The position numbers were made by a program, and so were the translations under genes. Source: Blastocatellia bacterium (GTDB lineage: Bacteria; Acidobacteriota; Blastocatellia; Pyrinomonadales; Pyrinomonadaceae). From it: DNA of 64,000 bases. Under the pieces are notes generated by a model. The model did no database searches. It was not told the DNA's origin and was given only the letters and a program-made list of their open reading frames with translations. This document shows positions 10,515-19,003 of the stretch, one piece after another (positions within the stretch are counted from its first letter, which is position 1; each line of letters opens with the position of its first letter). Where the stretch lies: positions 24,672 to 88,671 of the forward strand of contig JAWVEB010000002.1 of assembly GCA_033856915.1 (NCBI GenBank). Reading direction: 5' to 3'.

Positions 10515-12353
10515 TCAAAATGTCTTTCCTGTACTCATCAACAAATGTTCTACGATTGGCCCCAGGCTTAGCGCCGGGAAAAAAGTCAACGCGCCCACGA
10601 TCACTATTACGCTGACCAACAAAGTAGTGAACAGTGGTGTGGTAACGGGAAATGTTCCCAACGACGGCGGCACGATCTTCTTGCGCGCGAGATTGCCGGC
10701 AATGGCCAGCATCGGAATGATCATCATGAAACGCCCGATCAGCATCGTGATGCCGGTAGTCGTGTTGTACCAGAGCGTGTTCGCAGAAATGCCCGCGAAG
10801 GCCGATCCGTTGTTGCCCGCGCCAGAGGTGTAGGCGTAAAGAATCTCAGACAAGCCATGCGGGCCCATATTGTTCAACTGCGACGCGCCGAAGGATGGTT
10901 CGACCACCGAGATCGCTGCGAAGATTAGAATTACCAGCGGGAACACCAGGACTACGAGCATCGCCATCTTCACGTCGTAAGATTCGAGTTTCTTCCCAAG
11001 ATATTCAGGCGTGCGCCCAACCATCAATCCGGCAATGAAGACTGCCAGCACCACGTAAATCAAAATGCCATACATGCCGGCACCGACACCTCCGAAAATC
11101 GTTTCACTCAACATGATGTTTGCTAGGGGAACGAGACCGCCGAGCGGCGTAAAGCTGTCATGCATTGAGTTGACTGCGCCGCATGAAGCGTCTGTTGTCG
11201 CTGTCGCAAAGAGCGCCGAGTTAGCGATGCCGAAGCGCACCTCTTTACCTTCCATGTTGCCGCCCGGAGCCAGCGCGCTTACGGTTTGGTCCGTTCCCGC
11301 AAGCAGCGGATTGCCACGCGCCTCTGCCCAGTAGGCAACGATCACGCCGGCGAAAAACAGCACCGACATAGCCGCGAACACGGCCCATCCGTGTTTCTGT
11401 GATCCGGTCATCCTGCCGAGCGTATAGGTCAGTCCAGCGGAGATGGCGAAGATGCCGAGCAGCTCGATGAGATTCGAGAAAGGTGTCGGGTTCTCAAACG
11501 GGTGCGCGCTGTTGGCGTTGAAGAAGCCGCCGCCGTTGGTGCCAAATTGCTTGATGGCTTCCTGCGATGCCACCGGCCCCTGCGCGATTGATTGCGTCTC
11601 GACCACTTGCGTCTCCTTGACAGTCGTGCCGTCGGGATTGCTGATGACATTTCCGGCCGCGTCCTTCTTGTCAACTTCAATCGTCTGCTTCTCAACCAAC
11701 TGTGCCGTGTCGTAGGGTCTTAAGTTCTGCACGACCCCCTGAGATACGAGCAGCAAAGCGACCACAATGCAGATCGGCAAGAGCACCCACAACATCGAAC
11801 GCACCACATCAACCCAGAAGTTTCCGATGGTTTGCATTTCGCGGCGCGCGATCCCGCGAATGAACGCGATGGCGAGCGCGATACCGACCGCCGCCGAGGC
11901 GAAGTTGTGATAAGCCAGACCAGCCATCTGAGTCAGATAGCTCATCGTCGTTTCGGGAACGTAAGATTGCCAGTTGGTGTTGGTAGTAAACGATGCTGCC
12001 GTATTGAACGCCGAACCGACATAGCCGCTGGTGGTGCTGCCGCTCGAATCGATACCCGCCAAGTGCCGTGGGTTGAACGGCAAGTAGCCCTGCAAACGCT
12101 GAAGCAAATAGAGGACAAGCATCGAAACAGCGCTGAACAGGAGCATTGCGACGGCGTATTCCGTCCAGCGCATCTCGCGCTGCTCGTCAACACCGGTCAG
12201 TTTGTAGATCAGCCGTTCGATTGGCCGGAGCACGGGATCGAGAAAAGTCTTCTCACGATTGAAGACATGGGCCATAAAGATGCCCAGTGGCTTCGTGACC
12301 GCCAGCACCAGCGCGAAGAAGATCAGGATTTGTAACCAACCGTTCAGTGTCAT
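10515..12353 (-). CDS. kdpA: K+-transporting ATPase subunit A
   Basis: It is a polytopic membrane protein. The N-terminus [31 protein letters not shown] and [26 protein letters not shown] selectivity-filter-like motifs fit KdpA. It lies upstream of kdpB. Confidence 0.95.
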   Translation of the reverse strand: MTLNGWLQILIFFALVLAVTKPLGIFMAHVFNREKTFLDPVLRPIERLIYKLTGVDEQREMRWTEYAVAMLLFSAVSMLVLYLLQRLQGYLPFNPRHLAGIDSSGSTTSGYVGSAFNTAASFTTNTNWQSYVPETTMSYLTQMAGLAYHNFASAAVGIALAIAFIRGIARREMQTIGNFWVDVVRSMLWVLLPICIVVALLLVSQGVVQNLRPYDTAQLVEKQTIEVDKKDAAGNVISNPDGTTVKETQVVETQSIAQGPVASQEAIKQFGTNGGGFFNANSAHPFENPTPFSNLIELLGIFAISAGLTYTLGRMTGSQKHGWAVFAAMSVLFFAGVIVAYWAEARGNPLLAGTDQTVSALAPGGNMEGKEVRFGIANSALFATATTDASCGAVNSMHDSFTPLGGLVPLANIMLSETIFGGVGAGMYGILIYVVLAVFIAGLMVGRTPEYLGKKLESYDVKMAMLVVLVFPLVILIFAAISVVEPSFGASQLNNMGPHGLSEILYAYTSGAGNNGSAFAGISANTLWYNTTTGITMLIGRFMMIIPMLAIAGNLARKKIVPPSLGTFPVTTPLFTTLLVSVIVIVGALTFFPALSLGPIVEHLLMSTGKTF

Positions 12354-12364
12354 AAGAAAACTCG

Positions 12365-12449
12365 GAGGGTCAGACGTCAGAGATCAGAGGTCAGAACACG
12401 GGGAACTGCCTGGAATTTTTCTGACATCTGATCTCTGACCGCCGACCTC
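12365..12449. repeat. inverted repeat (~31-nt arms) between kdpF and kdpA
   Basis: The arms are gagggtcagacgtcagagatcagaggtcagaa and ttctgacatctgatctctgaccgccgacctc. A related single arm (gtcagagatcagg) occurs near 6415. Confidence 0.7.
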
Positions 12450-12456
12450 TGTCCTT

Positions 12457-12546
12457 TCAAAACTTCTCCGGACGCAGCAGCGCGTAAACGAGGTAAATCA
12501 GTAGTAGAGCGGAAACCGCCATGGTCAAGATCGTTTCGAGACTCAT
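12457..12546 (-). CDS. kdpF: K+-transporting ATPase small subunit F (29 aa; below the ORF-track cutoff)
   Basis: Hand translation gives MSLETILTMAVSALLLIYLVYALLRPEKF, with the characteristic YLxYALLRPEKF end. An AGGAGG sits 8 nt upstream of the ATG. It lies immediately upstream of kdpA. Confidence 0.85.
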   Translation of the reverse strand: MSLETILTMAVSALLLIYLVYALLRPEKF

Positions 12547-12559
12547 CTGGTAACCCTCC

Positions 12560-12646
12560 TCACTGTAACTTTTCGCAACCACGCACATAGGCGAGCGCGA
12601 TCAGAAAGAAAAGAATCGTTGCGCCAATAAAAATTAGATCGAGCAT
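12560..12646 (-). CDS. 28-aa hydrophobic peptide upstream of kdpF (unknown function)
   Basis: Hand translation gives MLDLIFIGATILFFLIALAYVRGCEKLQ, a single TM-like helix. An AAGGA sits upstream of the ATG. It is wedged between the porin stop and kdpF. Confidence 0.45.
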   Translation of the reverse strand: MLDLIFIGATILFFLIALAYVRGCEKLQ

Positions 12647-12656
12647 ACATTCATCC

Positions 12657-13991
12657 TTAACGGTCTAAAGTAAATATCGTCGCGAAGATCAAAAGGTGCT
12701 GGCCCGGAGTCAAACCAATCACGCCAGGACTCACTGCCCGCCCTCTGAAGAAACCGCCATCGGGCCCGGTCGAGCGGTCATAGCGATGCTCCAACCGAAA
12801 GATTGTGTTACTGGATTTGTAGGGGAGCTTGTATTCGAGCGTAGTCGTCAGCGCGACGACCGTTTGCTTTGCCAGCGTCCATCGACCTTGAGTGTCCTTC
12901 GCAACTTCTGGACGAACTGCAACTGCCCAACGCGGATTCAGAGTCCAGCGCATCGGTAACTGGGCCGAAAACCACCACGCTCGTGGAGTATTCGGAGTCT
13001 CAACATTCTCGGTCGAGAAATTAGTCTCGAAGGCTATCGTGCGTTTGTCTGTCTTGTGCTCGACGATCGTGTCCGAAAGAAAGCGCCAGAACTTGAATGC
13101 AGTGTGCGACTGATGTGGACCCACGAGGACTGTCTGCTTCACTGTTAGATGTGAGGTCGTAGCGATAGCTGCCTGCCCACCCCAACTCGGAACATTGTTG
13201 GCGTGCGCCAGATGCCAGTATCCATTCACGACAAAAAATGTTCCGATGAGTTTCTTAGTGAACGGGTAACTCACGTTCACGCCCATCATGAAGTACGGCG
13301 TGAAGTCGGCGCCCCACGGTCTCGTGTAGTTGAAATTGTCTTTGGCGTAGAGGGAATCGTACCCGATAAGACTGCTGAAGATTCCGCCCTGGATTGTCAG
13401 ACCCTTACCGACCGGCGCGAGGTATGAAACGTTCGTTGGTCCGAGTTGACGCAGGAATTTGTAACCGCCGATGTTTGGAGCCGTTGCCGAAAAGCCAAAC
13501 AGCTCAGCATCCTTTCCCGCCTGCGCAGTCAACTCTACGCCCCAGCGGGACTCTTCATTAGCCTTCTTTCTGAGATAAAAGGCGGCCATGTTTAGCTGAG
13601 GTCGATCAACGTGCCAGACCGTGCCACGACTACGAAAGACCCGATTCGCTGGGTGGTTGAAGTCGAGCAAGTAGCCAATATCAATGAATCCGCCATAATG
13701 CCATTTGGAATCTGTTGATTGAGTTTGAGGCGTTGGAGACGGCGTCTCTTGAGGAACAGCACTATCGATCGTCGTACTCATCATCGTGTCCGACTGCGAA
13801 GCCTTCGTGTTTTCCTCTTCCGTGTTGGCGCGCTCTTTTGTGCTCGGACCAGTCTGTTGCGCTTGACCCTTGATAGTTAGAGCGGTTATCAGCAGCACAA
13901 ATAACACGAGTCCCAATACAGCTCTCCAGATAAATTCGAAAGTATCTCGGTCAATAACCATTTTCTTACTTCTGCCCATGTTCAAACTCAT
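12657..13991 (-). CDS. putative outer-membrane beta-barrel porin leading the kdp operon
   Basis: It has an N-terminal TM/signal segment, then a low-complexity T/S/P/Q linker. Alternating aromatic/polar beta-strand patterns follow (WHYGGFIDIGYLLDF, GVELTAQAG, NVSYPF, ends ...IFATIFTLDR). This resembles OmpL-like bbp2 porins from memory only. Confidence 0.5.
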   Translation of the reverse strand: MSLNMGRSKKMVIDRDTFEFIWRAVLGLVLFVLLITALTIKGQAQQTGPSTKERANTEEENTKASQSDTMMSTTIDSAVPQETPSPTPQTQSTDSKWHYGGFIDIGYLLDFNHPANRVFRSRGTVWHVDRPQLNMAAFYLRKKANEESRWGVELTAQAGKDAELFGFSATAPNIGGYKFLRQLGPTNVSYLAPVGKGLTIQGGIFSSLIGYDSLYAKDNFNYTRPWGADFTPYFMMGVNVSYPFTKKLIGTFFVVNGYWHLAHANNVPSWGGQAAIATTSHLTVKQTVLVGPHQSHTAFKFWRFLSDTIVEHKTDKRTIAFETNFSTENVETPNTPRAWWFSAQLPMRWTLNPRWAVAVRPEVAKDTQGRWTLAKQTVVALTTTLEYKLPYKSSNTIFRLEHRYDRSTGPDGGFFRGRAVSPGVIGLTPGQHLLIFATIFTLDR

Positions 13992-14039
13992 TACTCTCCT
14001 TCTTCAAAAACACCGTTCGCTTCCTGGCGCAGCGACTTG

Positions 14040-14441
14040 TCACGTATCGCAATCCCAACGTCTGGCCAGATCAATGTCCTCAATGGTTAAGTCGTCGACT
14101 TGAAGCTTTGCATCCGGCGGGTAATCGTCGTTTTCCCACAAATACATAGCCAGGTGTCGTTCCGCAAAAGAGAGCCAGTAGGAGCTCTCATTCGAGATAC
14201 GGTTTCGGGAGCGCCTACCAATCTCCCCCATTGCGTCGCGCGAAACTTGAACCGTGATATCTAGTTCATATTCGTGTGGGTCGCGTACCAGGAACTCGTG
14301 CGTCGCCCCCACTGCCTTAATCGATTTATCGATATCGCTAAGCCGGATGATGCTGAATCCATTGTCGGTGAGGAACTCGATTGGTCGCTGTGGTTGCACA
14401 GAAGTATTTGGGAAAGCCCCCTTGTCAATCATCGCCAACAT
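14040..14441 (-). CDS. unknown-function protein, paralogue family member 1 of 3
   Basis: It shares the blocks (D/E)NGFSI(I/V)RL.DIDKS, F(L/V)VR(D/N), YW...AE(R/Q).LA.YLWE(N/K)D..P and (A/T)(R/H)W(D/S) with 14476..14928 and 17715..18107. Confidence 0.7.
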   Translation of the reverse strand: MLAMIDKGAFPNTSVQPQRPIEFLTDNGFSIIRLSDIDKSIKAVGATHEFLVRDPHEYELDITVQVSRDAMGEIGRRSRNRISNESSYWLSFAERHLAMYLWENDDYPPDAKLQVDDLTIEDIDLARRWDCDT

Positions 14442-14475
14442 TCAATTCCACATACTTTCTCAGCGCCAACAGTCG

Positions 14476-14928
14476 CTAGTCATCTCGCTGGTCGCTCCAG
14501 TGGGTTGCGAGTAGTAACTCGTCAACCGGTAGCTCGCTGATCACCAACTGTCGGCCCTCAGGGTGATCGTCGTTTTCCCATAGATATGTCGCGAGGCGCT
14601 GTTCCGCACAAACCAGCCAAAACACGCTGCTGTCCAATAGACGACTACGCCTGCGATTCTGTATTTGCGCGATAAGACTCTCTTCAAAGGCGACTGAAAC
14701 TTCACGTTCCCATCCACGTTCGTTGCGGACCAGGAACCGACATTCGCGCGATGTGGCAGTCACCGATTTATCAATGTCACACAGACGAATAATGCTGAAG
14801 CCGTTCTCCGTGACGTATTGGATTGGCGATGCTTTCTTCGCCAAACTGTCGGGAATAACTTGTCTTCTGTTTACTGCCATCGCTCCACGATCAAATCTGC
14901 AACGCTCTTTTTCGGTTACGCTTGTCAA
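14476..14928 (-). CDS. unknown-function protein, paralogue family member 2 of 3 (likely start at 14880, MAVNRRQV)
   Basis: It has the same conserved blocks (PIQYVTENGFSIIRLCDIDKS...YLWENDDHP...ATHWS). The N-terminus MAVNRRQV parallels MAVSRGQV of member 3. Confidence 0.7.
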   Translation of the reverse strand: MTSVTEKERCRFDRGAMAVNRRQVIPDSLAKKASPIQYVTENGFSIIRLCDIDKSVTATSRECRFLVRNERGWEREVSVAFEESLIAQIQNRRRSRLLDSSVFWLVCAEQRLATYLWENDDHPEGRQLVISELPVDELLLATHWSDQRDD

Positions 14929-15204
14929 CAGACTGGATGATAGAGAGGTTGGCGTAAAAAAGGGCTTAAAGGTTTATAAAAAGTTCGTTAACGAGTACGG
15001 GTCCATCGAACGTGAAAATAGTCCGACAATGGTTTGCCCTAACCACAAGGGCGTTGCTTGCACGACGAGCCATGCTCGACGCGTTTTGTGAAGAATAAAA
15101 TGGTCGGGTCGCTTAGCGGATACTTACAAGCAAACGGTGGCGAGGCTTTTTGAGTGGTTCACCTGCGGTATTGAAACCGTTGGGTTCACCTCGGGATCTA
15201 CCGT

Positions 15205-17640
15205 CTAATCTTTACTAGCCGGCTTCTCAGTTTTTGTAACTCCTTCTACAGCTTTCTCTTTCTTTTCGGCAGGAGGTTGCTTGTCTGCCGCCTGAATCTT
15301 TTCGCCCTTCTTTAAGGTGCGTAGAAATTCAAGCACTTGGGAGCGCCGGTCCTGGTGCAATTCGTCGGCGAGGCGTACCAGCGCCGCGATCACAATCTCC
15401 TTATGCCGGATATCTTCCAAGCCCCGTTCACTTCTCACATTCAGCCAGAGCTTGTGAATGAAGTTGATCTCCTCATCCGTAAGTTCCGGCGCATGGGCGC
15501 CCAGATAAAAGTCTTTGATGTCCCCGTCCGGGCTAATCACGCGAAAGCGCACTCTCTCGTGGGTTTTGTTCGGCAGACGCTCCCAGGCATCACCTAGAAG
15601 TTTGGCTTGATGTTCCGGCGTCATCACTGATGAGGAACCCGCGATTACTTCGGCCGAGCGCAATTGCGACGCCGTGAGAGCAATGGCCTGAAAGATGTCG
15701 GACGAAGGAACGACCAGCAGATGCACGGTCTTGCCGGCCTTTTCGGCCAGTGCCACAACCTTGCTGAATAAATACTGCTCGTATTTGCTGAACAGCCGGT
15801 CTTCGGCGATGCCTTCATAGCCCGTGTCCGGACCGCGCAGCAAATGTACAGTCATCACCACCAAATCTTTTTTGCCGGTATGAGTAACCTCCAGGGCTTT
15901 ACGCAGGTGGCTGAGCGTGTTGTAGTCACGCACCAAACAAATTGTGTTGCCGGGACGCACGGCAACGGTCTCGTTGGAAACCGCTTCGTTAGCGTTCAAA
16001 CGAAACTGATCCATCGCGGAGGTGGTGTGGATTTCTTCCGCGCGTCGTCGCTCGTTGATTCGTTCCGATATCAGGAACAGAGTGAAGAAGACGATCGTGA
16101 ATGCCAGGCCCGAGATTGTGGCTATTTCTTTCGTGAGCAGATTGATCCCAGCAACGGCGAAAAGGAGTGCCGTGATTAGCCCCAGCCCGATAGGCAGCTC
16201 ATTACCATCGAGCCTGATATTAAAAGGCACCTTCCATTCACGCGTAGATTTGTCTTTGAAGCGCAAGACCAGGACCGCCAGGCCCTTGAACGCGAAAGAC
16301 CAGACGACGCCGAACGCGTAGGCCTCGCCGAGACTGTAGGTATTGCCACGTGAGCCAATGATCGCCACGAGTTGCAATACCACGATCAGATTGATCATGC
16401 GGAAGGTTGTGCCGAAGCGCTTGTGGGGCGCCCGAAACCAATCCGTCATCACGCCATCTTCGCTGACCCGATTGAGGACGCCGTTAGCGCCGACGATCGC
16501 GGTGTTAATGGCGCCGGCCAACATCAGAAAGCCAACGATGACGATAAACGCCTGAAATACCAGTTTCAGAGGCATCGGACCGGCAAGATGGAGGGCGATG
16601 CCACTAATTAGGTTATCGAAATACTGCGGACGATTCTTGTCCGGAATGATGGCATAGGCAAAGAATGAAACCAGTGAAGTAAAGAGCATTGAGTAGAGGA
16701 AGATTACAAAACCCGCCCGCATCAGGTTCTTGTGTTTCGGAAACTCCAGCTCGCGATTAACCTGCGCCAGCGATTCCTCGCCCGACATCGCGAGGATCGA
16801 ATGACCAAAAGCCATCAGAATTCCTATCAAGCCAATTAGCGTGCCTACATTGGCGGGAATCTTAAAACGAGGCTCGGAAGGTTGCTCGGCGGAGGCCGTT
16901 GGCAAATCCTCCGGCTTTGCTGGTACGAACGCACGAGGCAGTAGTCTGGGCATCCAACCGACCGCGTCACCATTGAAGACCAGGTTGTGGGGCGTGGGCG
17001 ATGGCGGCAGGCGTTGTGCCGACGGTCGGGTCACGATGGTGAAGGTGCACCAGCCTATCAGCAGCACGACCATGACTGTCGTGACATACATTATTCGCAA
17101 AGCATCTTCTGAAGACTCGTGAATGCCGCGCGTGTTGCGTCGCCAAAAATAAATTGTGACGAGCCCCGCGATCCCCGCCGCCAAGTAGTTCACAGTTTCA
17201 GTGGAGGGAACCCACGGATGACCAAAGTAAACGCTGGTTTGCGAGATCAGGCCCACAATATATTGGCCGGCAGATACACCGGAAATCGGGCCCGTGAGAA
17301 TGTAGTCAAACATCAAGGCCGAGACGGAAAGCTTCGCCAGCGTGCCGCCCATGGCTTCTTTGACGACTCGATAGACGCCCCCGCGCGTAAACATCGCGCA
17401 GGACTCAACGTAGATAGCGCGCACGGCGTACGAGAAAAGCATGACGCCGAAAATGAACCAAGGTGCCGCTTGACCAACGGCCTTCTCTGCAATACCGCCG
17501 ACGTAGTAAGCGGACGAGCCGAGATCGTTTAAGACGATTGCCGCCGCTCTCCAGAAAGAAATGAACGACAGCATCACCGACGTTGCTACGATTACCTGTG
17601 TACGGCCGTTAGTCTTCTGGTTATCAGTGGTTGCCACCAT
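15205..17640 (-). CDS. APC-superfamily permease fused to a C-terminal USP-like cytoplasmic domain
   Basis: About 12 TM segments span the first ~530 aa in an amino-acid/polyamine permease-like pattern. A soluble tail follows (ICLVRDYNTLSHLRKALEVTHTGKKDLVVMTVHLL...VHLLVVPSSD...AGSS) that resembles a universal stress protein fold. Confidence 0.7.
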   Translation of the reverse strand: MVATTDNQKTNGRTQVIVATSVMLSFISFWRAAAIVLNDLGSSAYYVGGIAEKAVGQAAPWFIFGVMLFSYAVRAIYVESCAMFTRGGVYRVVKEAMGGTLAKLSVSALMFDYILTGPISGVSAGQYIVGLISQTSVYFGHPWVPSTETVNYLAAGIAGLVTIYFWRRNTRGIHESSEDALRIMYVTTVMVVLLIGWCTFTIVTRPSAQRLPPSPTPHNLVFNGDAVGWMPRLLPRAFVPAKPEDLPTASAEQPSEPRFKIPANVGTLIGLIGILMAFGHSILAMSGEESLAQVNRELEFPKHKNLMRAGFVIFLYSMLFTSLVSFFAYAIIPDKNRPQYFDNLISGIALHLAGPMPLKLVFQAFIVIVGFLMLAGAINTAIVGANGVLNRVSEDGVMTDWFRAPHKRFGTTFRMINLIVVLQLVAIIGSRGNTYSLGEAYAFGVVWSFAFKGLAVLVLRFKDKSTREWKVPFNIRLDGNELPIGLGLITALLFAVAGINLLTKEIATISGLAFTIVFFTLFLISERINERRRAEEIHTTSAMDQFRLNANEAVSNETVAVRPGNTICLVRDYNTLSHLRKALEVTHTGKKDLVVMTVHLLRGPDTGYEGIAEDRLFSKYEQYLFSKVVALAEKAGKTVHLLVVPSSDIFQAIALTASQLRSAEVIAGSSSVMTPEHQAKLLGDAWERLPNKTHERVRFRVISPDGDIKDFYLGAHAPELTDEEINFIHKLWLNVRSERGLEDIRHKEIVIAALVRLADELHQDRRSQVLEFLRTLKKGEKIQAADKQPPAEKKEKAVEGVTKTEKPASKD

Positions 17641-17714
17641 CGCTCCTTAGTCGTTCCTGATTGTTGGGATTGATCGTCTGCCTAAATTATTCCCGTACAC
17701 TCAATGTCTTTCCT

Positions 17715-18107
17715 TCAGTTGCTCCAGTGCCGCGCCAAATTGAGATCGTCAAGAGTCAGCACCTCGACCTCGAGCCTTGCCTCTGGTGGATAGCCATCCT
17801 TTTCCCAGAGATAATCAGCCAGGTGTCGTTCAGCGCAGTAGATCCAATAAGAGCTATTGAGGGACAGTCGCCATCTGCTGCGGCTGACGATTTCTGCTAC
17901 CGCAGAGTCAGAGATATCAACGGTTATCTCCAGTTCATGTCCGCGCGGATCGCGAACGACGAAGTCGTGTTTGGTTCCCTTCGAGGTAATCGATTTGTCG
18001 ATGTCGCAGAGTCGGACGATACTGAAACCGTTCTCCGTCACGTACTGGATTGGACAGTACCCATTCGCCATGCAGTCGGAATTGACTTGTCCTCTACTTA
18101 CAGCCAT
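17715..18107 (-). CDS. unknown-function protein, paralogue family member 3 of 3
   Basis: It reads PIQYVTENGFSIVRLCDIDKSI...YWIYCAERHLADYLWEKDGYPPEARLEV...LARHWSN. The upstream DNA is also homologous to that of member 2. Confidence 0.7.
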   Translation of the reverse strand: MAVSRGQVNSDCMANGYCPIQYVTENGFSIVRLCDIDKSITSKGTKHDFVVRDPRGHELEITVDISDSAVAEIVSRSRWRLSLNSSYWIYCAERHLADYLWEKDGYPPEARLEVEVLTLDDLNLARHWSN

Positions 18108-18310
18108 CGCGTTTGCTAAGTCTGGCCTTTGTTCGGGCAGGCGGTTGCCAACAGACTGAATGGTAATGACGGCGGGATAAGAAAGGTCTTAAAGGTTCAT
18201 TAAAATTTCGTAAAGATCGGTCGATTAGCCTTAGAAAGGAGGGAAGAAGGCGCGACGGGCGTAGGACCCGTACTTGATCATATCTGTTAAAGGCTCAGCT
18301 CCGAACGGCT

Positions 18311-19003
18311 TCAGGCGCCCGAAACGAACCGGTAGCCAACCCAAGGGTCGGTTATGATGTAGCGAGGTTTTGCGGGATCGGACTCAATCTTCTTACGCAA
18401 GTGTCGGATGAAGACGCGAAGATATTCGGTCTGGTCGGTATAGTTTCCGCCCCAAATGTTTGAGAGCAGCGTTCGATGAGTTAAGACCTTGCCAGAATGA
18501 CGAACGAGATAGACCAGCAGATCGAATTCCTTTGGCGAAAGGCGTATTTCTCGCCCCGCAACAAGAACCTTGCGGGTCTCAAGGTCAATTCGAAAGTCTC
18601 CCTCCTCGACTACTGTTGTTTCTTCGGTGGCTTCAGGTGCACGGCGTAAAGTCGCTCTAACTCTGGCGAGCAACTCACTCATACCAAATGGTTTCGTCAC
18701 ATAATCATCAGCGCCTGCGTCAAGAGCTTCTACTTTGGTAGCTTCATCGCCTTTGACTGATAGGACGATTATGGGAACGCTCGAAAACTCTCGCAGGCGT
18801 TGACAAAGTTTCAGGCCGTTCATGTTGGGCATGGAAAGATCAGTAACGACCAAATCCGGCGTCCAGGCTTGAAACAATTCCAAAGCTGCTTCACCCTCAC
18901 CTGCAACCCTTACCTCATAGCCATGCTTTGCGAGTCCGCTGCGTAGGACCAAAGTAATTTCCTGTTCGTCGTCAACAACGAGGATGCGTTTCTTATTCTC
19001 CAT
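18311..19003 (-). CDS. kdpE: OmpR-family response regulator KdpE
   Basis: It has a receiver domain (ILVVDDE, DLVVTDLSMPNMNG, KPF) plus a winged-helix output (LSPKEFDLLVYLVRH...GYRF). It overlaps the kdpD kinase gene stop by 11 nt. Confidence 0.85.
   Translation of the reverse strand: MENKKRILVVDDEQEITLVLRSGLAKHGYEVRVAGEGEAALELFQAWTPDLVVTDLSMPNMNGLKLCQRLREFSSVPIIVLSVKGDEATKVEALDAGADDYVTKPFGMSELLARVRATLRRAPEATEETTVVEEGDFRIDLETRKVLVAGREIRLSPKEFDLLVYLVRHSGKVLTHRTLLSNIWGGNYTDQTEYLRVFIRHLRKKIESDPAKPRYIITDPWVGYRFVSGA

Noticed and set aside
9757-10833. 358-aa plus-strand ORF spanning the kdpB/kdpA junction
   Set aside because: It is antisense to two genes with unmistakable P-type ATPase and KdpA motifs. 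The translation is low-complexity S/T/P/R-rich, typical of a shadow ORF in GC-rich coding DNA.
18144-18163. Sigma-54 promoter upstream of 17715..18107
   Set aside because: TTGGCAACCGCCTGCCC gives GG-N9-GC, one nt short of the strict sigma-54 spacing. It is kept only as a shared sequence box.
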